Of a stretch of DNA of 64,000 bases, positions 40,401-52,400 are shown one piece after another. Numbering within the stretch: the first letter of the stretch is position 1; every line of letters starts with the position of its first letter. The position numbers were made by a program, and so were the translations under genes. The stretch is from the human T2T-CHM13v2.0 reference genome, Homo sapiens. The notes beneath the pieces were generated by a model that did no database searches, had not been told where the DNA came from, and worked only from the letters and a program-made list of their open reading frames with translations. The stretch lies in assembly GCF_009914755.1 (NCBI RefSeq), contig NC_060941.1, one strand, 5' to 3'.

Positions 40401-43400
40401 TGTTGAAACTCTCTTTTTGTGGAATCTGCAAGTGGATACGTGGACCTCTCCGAAGATGTCTTTGGAAACGGGAATATCTTCACATAAAAACTAAACAGAA
40501 GCATTCTCAGAAACTTCTCTGTGATGTTTGTGTTCAACTCCCAGAGTTTCACATTGCTTTTCATAGAGTAGTTCTGAAACATGCTTTTCGTAGTGTCTAC
40601 AAGTGGACATTTGGAGCGCTTTCAGGCCTGTGGTGGAAAACGAATTATGGTCACATAAAAACTGGAGAGAAGCATTGTCAGAAACTTCTTTGTGATGATT
40701 GCATTCAACTCACAGAGTTGAAGGTTCCTTTTCAAAGAGCAGTTTCCAATCACTCTTTCTGTGGAATCTGCAAGTGGATATTTGGACCTATTTTGAAGAT
40801 TTCGTTGGAAACGGGAGAATCTTCACAGGAAAGCTAAACAGAAGCATTCTCAGAAACTTCTTTGTGATGCTTGCATTCAACTCACAGAGTTGAACTTTCC
40901 TTTCGAGAGAGAAGCTTTGAAACACTCTTTTTCCAGAATCTGCAAGTGGACATTTGGAGGGCTTTGAGGCCTGTGGTGGAAAAGGAATTATCTTCCCGTA
41001 AAAGCTAGATAGAAGCATTCTCAGAAACTACTTTGTGATGATTGCATTCAAGTCACAGAGTTGAACATTCCCTTTGACAGAGCAGTTTGGAAACTCTCTT
41101 TGTGTAGAATCTGCAAGTGGAGATATGGACCGCTTTGAGGCCTATGGTAGTAAAGGAAATAGCTTCATATAAAAGCTAGACAGTAGCATTCACAGAAAAC
41201 TCTTGGTGACGACTGAGTTTAACTCACAGAGCTGAACATTCCTTTGGATGGAGCAGTTTCGAAACACACTATTTGTAGAATGTGCAAGTGGATATTTAGG
41301 CCTCTCTGAGGATTTCGTTGGAAACGGGATAAACCGCACAGAACTAAACAGAAGCATTCTCAGAACCTTCTTCGTGATGTTTGCATTCAACTCACAGTGT
41401 TGAACCTTTCTTTGATAGTTCAGGTTTGAAACGGTCTTTCTGCAGAAACTGCAAGTAGATATTTGGACCGCTCTGAGGATTTCGTTGGAAACGGGGTAAC
41501 CCGCACAGAACTAAAACAGAAGCATTCTCAGAACCCTCTTCGTGATGTTTGCATTCAACTCACAGTGCTGAACCTTTCTTTGATAGTTCAGCTTTGAAAC
41601 ACTCTTTTTGTAGAAACTGCAAGTGGATATTTGGTCCTCTCTGAGGATTTCGTTGGAAACGGGATAAACTGCACAGAACTAAACAGAAGCATTCTCAGAA
41701 CCTTCTTCGTGATGTCTGCATTCAACTCACAGTGTGGAACCTTTCTTTGATAGTTCAGGTTTGAAACACTCTTTTTGTAGAAACTGCAAGGGGATAATTG
41801 CACTCTTTGAGGAGTACCGTAGTAAAGGAAATAACTTCCTATAAAAAGAAGACAGAAGCTTTCTCAGAAAATTCTTTGGGATGATTGAGTTGAACTCACA
41901 GAGCTGAGCATTCCTTGCGATGTAGCAGTTTAGAAACACACTTTCTGCAGAATCTGCAAGTGCATATTTGGACCTCTGTGAGGAATTCGTTGGAAACGGG
42001 ATAATTTCAGCTGACTAAACAGAAGCAGTCTCAGAATCTTCTTTGTGATGTTTGCATTCAAATCCCCGAGTTGAACTTTCCTTTCAAAGTTCACGTTTGA
42101 AACACTCTTTTTGCAGGATCTACAAGTGGATATTTGGACCACTCTGTGTCCTTCGATCGAAACGGGTGTATCTTCACATGACATCTAGACAGAAGCATCC
42201 TCAGAAGCTTCTCTGTGATGACTGCATTCAACTCACGGAGTTGAACACTCCTTTTGAGAGCGCAGTTTTGAAACTCTCTTTCTGTGGCATCTGCAAGGGG
42301 ACATGTAGACCTCTTTGAAGATTTCTTTGGAAACGGAATCATCTTCACATAAAAACTATACAGATGCATTCTCAGGAACTTTTTGGTGATGTTTGTATTC
42401 AACTCCCAGAGTTGAACTTTCCTTTGGAAAGAGCAGCTATGAAACACTCTTTTTCTAGAATCTGCAAGTGGACGTTTGGAGGGCTTTGTGGTTTGTGGTG
42501 GAAAAGGAAATATCTTCACCTAAATACTAGATAGAAGCATTCTCAGAAACTGCTTTGTGATGATTGCATTCACCTCACAGAGTTGAACATTCCTATTGAT
42601 AGAGCAGTTTGGAAACACTCTTGTTGTGGAATGTGCAAGTGGAGATTTGGAGCGCTTTGAGGCCTATGGTAGTAAAGGGAATAGCTTCATAGAAAAACTA
42701 GACAGAAGCATTCTCAGAAAATACTTTGTGATGATTGAGTTTAACTCACAGAGCTGAACATTCCTTTGGATGGAGCAGGTTTGAGACACACTTTTTGTAG
42801 AATCTACAAGTGGATATTTGGACCTCTCTGAGGATTTCGTTGGAAACGGGATAACTGCACCTAACTAAACGGAAGCATTCTCAGAAACTTCTTGGTGATG
42901 TTTGCATTCAAATCCCAGAGTTGAACCTTCCTTTGATAGTTCAGGTTTGAAACACTCTTTTTGTAGGATCTGCAAGTGGATATTTGGACCACTCTGTGGC
43001 CTTCGTTCGAAACGGGTATATCTTCGCATAAAATCTAGACAGAAGCCTTCTCAGAAACTTCTCTGTGATGATTGCATTCAACTCACAGAGTTGAACCCTC
43101 CTATGGATAGAGCAGTGTTGAAACTCTCTTTTTGTGGAATCTGCAAGTGGATACGTGGACCTCTCCGAAGATGTCTTTGGAAACGGGAATATCTTCACAT
43201 AAAAACTAAACAGAAGCATTCTCAGAAACTTCTCTGTGATGTTTGTGTTCAACTCCCAGAGTTTCACATTGCTTTTCATAGAGTAGTTCTGAAACATGCT
43301 TTTCGTAGTGTCTACAAGTGGACATTTGGAGCGCTTTCAGGCCTGTGGTGGAAAACGAATTATGGTCACATAAAAACTGGAGAGAAGCATTGTCAGAAAC

Positions 43401-46400
43401 TTCTTTGTGATGATTGCATTCAACTCACAGAGTTGAAGGTTCCTTTTCAAAGAGCAGTTTCCAATCACTCTTTCTGTGGAATCTGCAAGTGGATATTTGG
43501 ACCTATTTTGAAGATTTCGTTGGAAACGGGAGAATCTTCACAGGAAAGCTAAACAGAAGCATTCTCAGAAACTTCTTTGTGATGCTTGCATTCAACTCAC
43601 AGAGTTGAACTTTCCTTTCGAGAGAGAAGCTTTGAAACACTCTTTTTCCAGAATCTGCAAGTGGACATTTGGAGGGCTTTGAGGCCTGTGGTGGAAAAGG
43701 AATTATCTTCCCGTAAAAGCTAGATAGAAGCATTCTCAGAAACTACTTTGTGATGATTGCATTCAAGTCACAGAGTTGAACATTCCCTTTGACAGAGCAG
43801 TTTGGAAACTCTCTTTGTGTAGAATCTGCAAGTGGAGATATGGACCGCTTTGAGGCCTATGGTAGTAAAGGAAATAGCTTCATATAAAAGCTAGACAGTA
43901 GCATTCACAGAAAACTCTTGGTGACGACTGAGTTTAACTCACAGAGCTGAACATTCCTTTGGATGGAGCAGTTTCGAAACACACTATTTGTAGAATGTGC
44001 AAGTGGATATTTAGGCCTCTCTGAGGATTTCGTTGGAAACGGGATAAACCGCACAGAACTAAACAGAAGCATTCTCAGAACCTTCTTCGTGATGTTTGCA
44101 TTCAACTCACAGTGTTGAACCTTTCTTTGATAGTTCAGGTTTGAAACGGTCTTTCTGCAGAAACTGCAAGTAGATATTTGGACCGCTCTGAGGATTTCGT
44201 TGGAAACGGGATAACCCGCACAGAACTAAAACAGAAGCATTCTCAGAACCCTCTTCGTGATGTTTGCATTCAACTCACAGTGCTGAACCTTTCTTTGATA
44301 GTTCAGCTTTGAAACACTCTTTTTGTAGAAACTGCAAGTGGATATTTGGTCCTCTCTGAGGATTTCGTTGGAAACGGGATAAACTGCACAGAACTAAACA
44401 GAAGCATTCTCAGAACCTTCTTCGTGATGTCTGCATTCAACTCACAGTGTGGAACCTTTCTTTGATAGTTCAGGTTTGAAACACTCTTTTTGTAGAAACT
44501 GCAAGGGGATAATTGCACTCTTTGAGGAGTACCGTAGTAAAGGAAATAACTTCCTATAAAAAGAAGACAGAAGCTTTCTCAGAAAATTCTTTGGGATGAT
44601 TGAGTTGAACTCACAGAGCTGAGCATTCCTTGCGATGTAGCAGTTTAGAAACACACTTTCTGCAGAATCTGCAAGTGCATATTTGGACCTCTGTGAGGAA
44701 TTCGTTGGAAACGGGATAATTTCAGCTGACTAAACAGAAGCAGTCTCAGAATCTTCTTTGTGATGTTTGCATTCAAATCCCCGAGTTGAACTTTCCTTTC
44801 AAAGTTCACGTTTGAAACACTCTTTTTGCAGGATCTACAAGTGGATATTTGGACCACTCTGTGTCCTTCGATCGAAACGGGTATATCTTCACATGACATC
44901 TAGACAGAAGCATCCTCAGAAGCTTCTCTGTGATGACTGCATTCAACTCACGGAGTTGAACACTCCTTTTGAGAGCGCAGTTTTGAAACTCTCTTTCTGT
45001 GGCATCTGCAAGGGGACATGTAGACCTCTTTGAAGATTTCGTTGGAAACGGAATCATCTTCACATAAAAACTACACAGATGCATTCTCAGGAACTTTTTG
45101 GTGATGTTTGTATTCAACTCCCAGAGTTGAACTTTCCTTTGGAAAGAGCAGCTATGAAACACTGTTTTTCTAGAATCTGCAAGTGGACGTTTGGAGGGCT
45201 TTGTGGTTTGTGGTGGAAAAGGAAATATCTTCACCTAAATACTAGATAGAAGCATTCTCAGAAACTGCTTTGTGATGATTGCATTCACCTCACAGAGTTG
45301 AACATTCCTATTGATAGAGCAGTTTGGAAACACTCTTGTTGTGGAATGTGCAAGTGGAGATTTGGAGCGCTTTGAGGCCTATGGTAGTAAAGGGAATAGC
45401 TTCATAGAAAAACTAGACAGAAGCATTCTCAGAAAATACTTTGTGATGATTGAGTTTAACTCACAGAGCTGAACATTCCTTTGGATGGAGCAGGTTTGAG
45501 ACACACTTTTTGTAGAATCTACAAGTGGATATTTGGACCTCTCTGAGGATTTCGTTGGAAACGGGATAACTGCACCTAACTAAACGGAAGCATTCTCAGA
45601 AACTTCTTGGTGATGTTTGCATTCAAATCCCAGAGTTGAACCTTCCTTTGATAGTTCAGGTTTGAAACACTCTTTTTGTAGGATCTGCAAGTGGATATTT
45701 GGACCACTCTGTGGCCTTCGTTCGAAACGGGTATATCTTCGCATAAAATCTAGACAGAAGCCTTCTCAGAAACTTCTCTGTGATGATTGCATTCAACTCA
45801 CAGAGTTGAACCCTCCTATGGATAGAGCAGTGTTGAAACTCTCTTTTTGTGGAATCTGCAAGTGGATACGTGGACCTCTCCGAAGATGTCTTTGGAAACG
45901 GGAATATCTTCACATAAAAACTAAACAGAAGCATTCTCAGAAACTTCTCTGTGATGTTTGTGTTCAACTCCCAGAGTTTCACATTGCTTTTCATAGAGTA
46001 GTTCTGAAACATGCTTTTCGTAGTGTCTACAAGTGGACATTTGGAGCGCTTTCAGGCCTGTGGTGGAAAACGAATTATGGTCACATAAAAACTGGAGAGA
46101 AGCATTGTCAGAAACTTCTTTGTGATGATTGCATTCAACTCACAGAGTTGAAGGTTCCTTTTCAAAGAGCAGTTTCCAATCACTCTTTCTGTGGAATCTG
46201 CAAGTGGATATTTGGACCTATTTTGAAGATTTCGTTGGAAACGGGAGAATCTTCACAGGAAAGCTAAACAGAAGCATTCTCAGAAACTTCTTTGTGATGC
46301 TTGCATTCAACTCACAGAGTTGAACTTTCCTTTCGAGAGAGAAGCTTTGAAACACTCTTTTTCCAGAATCTGCAAGTGGACATTTGGAGGGCTTTGAGGC

Positions 46401-49400
46401 CTGTGGTGGAAAAGGAATTATCTTCCCGTAAAAGCTAGATAGAAGCATTCTCAGAAACTACTTTGTGATGATTGCATTCAAGTCACAGAGTTGAACATTC
46501 CCTTTGACAGAGCAGTTTGGAAACTCTCTTTGTGTAGAATCTGCAAGTGGAGATATGGACCGCTTTGAGGCCTATGGTAGTAAAGGAAATAGCTTCATAT
46601 AAAAGCTAGACAGTAGCATTCACAGAAAACTCTTGGTGACGACTGAGTTTAACTCACAGAGCTGAACATTCCTTTGGATGGAGCAGTTTCGAAACACACT
46701 ATTTGTAGAATGTGCAAGTGGATATTTAGGCCTCTCTGAGGATTTCGTTGGAAACGGGATAAACCGCACAGAACTAAACAGAAGCATTCTCAGAACCTTC
46801 TTCGTGATGTTTGCATTCAACTCACAGTGTTGAACCTTTCTTTGATAGTTCAGGTTTGAAACGGTCTTTCTGCAGAAACTGCAAGTAGATATTTGGACCG
46901 CTCTGAGGATTTCGTTGGAAACGGGATAACCCGCACAGAACTAAAACAGAAGCATTCTCAGAACCCTCTTCGTGATGTTTGCATTCAACTCACAGTGCTG
47001 AACCTTTCTTTGATAGTTCAGCTTTGAAACACTCTTTTTGTAGAAACTGCAAGTGGATATTTGGTCCTCTCTGAGGATTTCGTTGGAAACGGGATAAACT
47101 GCACAGAACTAAACAGAAGCATTCTCAGAACCTTCTTCGTGATGTCTGCATTCAACTCACAGTGTGGAACCTTTCTTTGATAGTTCAGGTTTGAAACACT
47201 CTTTTTGTAGAAACTGCAAGGGGATAATTGCACTCTTTGAGGAGTACCATAGTAAAGGAAATAACTTCCTATAAAAAGAAGACAGAAGCTTTCTCAGAAA
47301 ATTCTTTGGGATGATTGAGTTGAACTCACAGAGCTGAGCATTCCTTGCGATGTAGCAGTTTAGAAACACACTTTCTGCAGAATCTGCAAGTGCATATTTG
47401 GACCTCTGTGAGGAATTCGTTGGAAACGGGATAATTTCAGCTGACTAAACAGAAGCAGTCTCAGAATCTTCTTTGTGATGTTTGCATTCAAATCCCCGAG
47501 TTGAACTTTCCTTTCAAAGTTCACGTTTGAAACACTCTTTTTGCAGGATCTACAAGTGGATATTTGGACCACTCTGTGTCCTTCGATCGAAACGGGTATA
47601 TCTTCACATGACATCTAGACAGAAGCATCCTCAGAAGCTTCTCTGTGATGACTGCATTCAACTCACGGAGTTGAACACTCCTTTTGAGAGCGCAGTTTTG
47701 AAACTCTCTTTCTGTGGCATCTGCAAGGGGACATGTAGACCTCTTTGAAGATTTCGTTGGAAACGGAATCATCTTCACATAAAAACTATACAGATGCATT
47801 CTCAGGAACTTTTTGGTGATGTTTGTATTCAACTCCCAGAGTTGAACTTTCCTTTGGAAAGAGCAGCTATGAAACACTCTTTTTCTAGAATCTGCAAGTG
47901 GACGTTTGGAGGGCTTTGTGGTTTGTGGTGGAAAAGGAAATATCTTCACCTAAATACTAGATAGAAGCATTCTCAGAAACTGCTTTGTGATGATTGCATT
48001 CACCTCACAGAGTTGAACATTCCTATTGATAGAGCAGTTTGGAAACACTCTTGTTGTGGAATGTGCAAGTGGAGATTTGGAGCGCTTTGAGGCCTATGGT
48101 AGTAAAGGGAATAGCTTCATAGAAAAACTAGACAGAAGCATTCTCAGAAAATACTTTGTGATGATTGAGTTTAACTCACAGAGCTGAACATTCCTTTGGA
48201 TGGAGCAGGTTTGAGACACACTTTTTGTAGAATCTACAAGTGGATATTTGGACCTCTCTGAGGATTTCGTTGGAAACGGGATAACTGCACCTAACTAAAC
48301 GGAAGCATTCTCAGAAACTTCTTGGTGATGTTTGCATTCAAATCCCAGAGTTGAACCTTCCTTTGATAGTTCAGGTTTGAAACACTCTTTTTGTAGGATC
48401 TGCAAGTGGATATTTGGACCACTCTGTGGCCTTCGTTCGAAACGGGTATATCTTCGCATAAAATCTAGACAGAAGCCTTCTCAGAAACTTCTCTGTGATG
48501 ATTGCATTCAACTCACAGAGTTGAACCCTCCTATGGATAGAGCAGTGTTGAAACTCTCTTTTTGTGGAATCTGCAAGTGGATACGTGGACCTCTCCGAAG
48601 ATGTCTTTGGAAACGGGAATATCTTCACATAAAAACTAAACAGAAGCATTCTCAGAAACTTCTCTGTGATGTTTGTGTTCAACTCCCAGAGTTTCACATT
48701 GCTTTTCATAGAGTAGTTCTGAAACATGCTTTTCGTAGTGTCTACAAGTGGACATTTGGAGCGCTTTCAGGCCTGTGGTGGAAAACGAATTATGGTCACA
48801 TAAAAACTGGAGAGAAGCATTGTCAGAAACTTCTTTGTGATGATTGCATTCAACTCACAGAGTTGAAGGTTCCTTTTCAAAGAGCAGTTTCCAATCACTC
48901 TTTCTGTGGAATCTGCAAGTGGATATTTGGACCTATTTTGAAGATTTCGTTGGAAACGGGAGAATCTTCACAGGAAAGCTAAACAGAAGCATTCTCAGAA
49001 ACTTCTTTGTGATGCTTGCATTCAACTCACAGAGTTGAACTTTCCTTTCGAGAGAGAAGCTTTGAAACACTCTTTTTCCAGAATCTGCAAGTGGACATTT
49101 GGAGGGCTTTGAGGCCTGTGGTGGAAAAGGAATTATCTTCCCGTAAAAGCTAGATAGAAGCATTCTCAGAAACTACTTTGTGATGATTGCATTCAAGTCA
49201 CAGAGTTGAACATTCCCTTTGACAGAGCAGTTTGGAAACTCTCTTTGTGTAGAATCTGCAAGTGGAGATATGGACCGCTTTGAGGCCTATGGTAGTAAAG
49301 GAAATAGCTTCATATAAAAGCTAGACAGTAGCATTCACAGAAAACTCTTGGTGACGACTGAGTTTAACTCACAGAGCTGAACATTCCTTTGGATGGAGCA

Positions 49401-52400
49401 GTTTCGAAACACACTATTTGTAGAATGTGCAAGTGGATATTTAGGCCTCTCTGAGGATTTCGTTGGAAACGGGATAAACCGCACAGAACTAAACAGAAGC
49501 ATTCTCAGAACCTTCTTCGTGATGTTTGCATTCAACTCACAGTGTTGAACCTTTCTTTGATAGTTCAGGTTTGAAACGGTCTTTCTGCAGAAACTGCAAG
49601 TAGATATTTGGACCGCTCTGAGGATTTCGTTGGAAACGGGATAACCCGCACAGAACTAAAACAGAAGCATTCTCAGAACCCTCTTCGTGATGTTTGCATT
49701 CAACTCACAGTGCTGAACCTTTCTTTGATAGTTCAGCTTTGAAACACTCTTTTTGTAGAAACTGCAAGTGGATATTTGGTCCTCTCTGAGGATTTCGTTG
49801 GAAACGGGATAAACTGCACAGAACTAAACAGAAGCATTCTCAGAACCTTCTTCGTGATGTCTGCATTCAACTCACAGTGTGGAACCTTTCTTTGATAGTT
49901 CAGGTTTGAAACACTCTTTTTGTAGAAACTGCAAGGGGATAATTGCACTCTTTGAGGAGTACCGTAGTAAAGGAAATAACTTCCTATAAAAAGAAGACAG
50001 AAGCTTTCTCAGAAAATTCTTTGGGATGATTGAGTTGAACTCACAGAGCTGAGCATTCCTTGCGATGTAGCAGTTTAGAAACACACTTTCTGCAGAATCT
50101 GCAAGTGCATATTTGGACCTCTGTGAGGAATTCGTTGGAAACGGGATAATTTCAGCTGACTAAACAGAAGCAGTCTCAGAATCTTCTTTGTGATGTTTGC
50201 ATTCAAATCCCCGAGTTGAACTTTCCTTTCAAAGTTCACGTTTGAAACACTCTTTTTGCAGGATCTACAAGTGGATATTTGGACCACTCTGTGTCCTTCG
50301 ATCGAAACGGGTATATCTTCACATGACATCTAGACAGAAGCATCCTCAGAAGCTTCTCTGTGATGACTGCATTCAACTCACGGAGTTGAACACTCCTTTT
50401 GAGAGCGCAGTTTTGAAACTCTCTTTCTGTGGCATCTGCAAGGGGACATGTAGACCTCTTTGAAGATTTCGTTGGAAACGGAATCATCTTCACATAAAAA
50501 CTACACAGATGCATTCTCAGGAACTTTTTGGTGATGTTTGTATTCAACTCCCAGAGTTGAACTTTCCTTTGGAAAGAGCAGCTATGAAACACTCTTTTTC
50601 TATAATCTGCAAGTGGACGTTTGGAGGGCTTTGTGGTTTGTGGTGGAAAAGGAAATATCTTCACCTAAATACTAGATAGAAGCATTCTCAGAAACTGCTT
50701 TGTGATGATTGCATTCACCTCACAGAGTTGAACATTCCTATTGATAGAGCAGTTTGGAAACACTCTTGTTGTGGAATGTGCAAGTGGAGATTTGGAGCGC
50801 TTTGAGGCCTATGGTAGTAAAGGGAATAGCTTCATAGAAAAACTAGACAGAAGCATTCTCAGAAAATACTTTGTGATGATTGAGTTTAACTCACAGAGCT
50901 GAACATTCCTTTGGATGGAGCAGGTTTGAGACACACTTTTTGTAGAATCTACAAGTGGATATTTGGACCTCTCTGAGGATTTCGTTGGAAACGGGATAAC
51001 TGCACCTAACTAAACGGAAGCATTCTCAGAAACTTCTTGGTGATGTTTGCATTCAAATCCCAGAGTTGAACCTTCCTTTGATAGTTCAGGTTTGAAACAC
51101 TCTTTTTGTAGGATCTGCAAGTGGATATTTGGACCACTCTGTGGCCTTCGTTCGAAACGGGTATATCTTCGCATAAAATCTAGACAGAAGCCTTCTCAGA
51201 AACTTCTCTGTGATGATTGCATTCAACTCACAGAGTTGAACCCTCCTATGGATAGAGCAGTGTTGAAACTCTCTTTTTGTGGAATCTGCAAGTGGATACG
51301 TGGACCTCTCCGAAGATGTCTTTGGAAACGGGAATATCTTCACATAAAAACTAAACAGAAGCATTCTCAGAAACTTCTCTGTGATGTTTGTGTTCAACTC
51401 CCAGAGTTTCACATTGCTTTTCATAGAGTAGTTCTGAAACATGCTTTTCGTAGTGTCTACAAGTGGACATTTGGAGCGCTTTCAGGCCTGTGGTGGAAAA
51501 CGAATTATGGTCACATAAAAACTGGAGAGAAGCATTGTCAGAAACTTCTTTGTGATGATTGCATTCAACTCACAGAGTTGAAGGTTCCTTTTCAAAGAGC
51601 AGTTTCCAATCACTCTTTCTGTGGAATCTGCAAGTGGATATTTGGACCTATTTTGAAGATTTCGTTGGAAACGGGAGAATCTTCACAGGAAAGCTAAACA
51701 GAAGCATTCTCAGAAACTTCTTTGTGATGCTTGCATTCAACTCACAGAGTTGAACTTTCCTTTCGAGAGAGAAGCTTTGAAACACTCTTTTTCCAGAATC
51801 TGCAAGTGGACATTTGGAGGGCTTTGAGGCCTGTGGTGGAAAAGGAATTATCTTCCCGTAAAAGCTAGATAGAAGCATTCTCAGAAACTACTTTGTGATG
51901 ATTGCATTCAAGTCACAGAGTTGAACATTCCCTTTGACAGAGCAGTTTGGAAACTCTCTTTGTGTAGAATCTGCAAGTGGAGATATGGACCGCTTTGAGG
52001 CCTATGGTAGTAAAGGAAATAGCTTCATATAAAAGCTAGACAGTAGCATTCACAGAAAACTCTTGGTGACGACTGAGTTTAACTCACAGAGCTGAACATT
52101 CCTTTGGATGGAGCAGTTTCGAAACACACTATTTGTAGAATGTGCAAGTGGATATTTAGGCCTCTCTGAGGATTTCGTTGGAAACGGGATAAACCGCACA
52201 GAACTAAACAGAAGCATTCTCAGAACCTTCTTCGTGATGTTTGCATTCAACTCACAGTGTTGAACCTTTCTTTGATAGTTCAGGTTTGAAACGGTCTTTC
52301 TGCAGAAACTGCAAGTAGATATTTGGACCGCTCTGAGGATTTCGTTGGAAACGGGATAACCCGCACAGAACTAAAACAGAAGCATTCTCAGAACCCTCTT

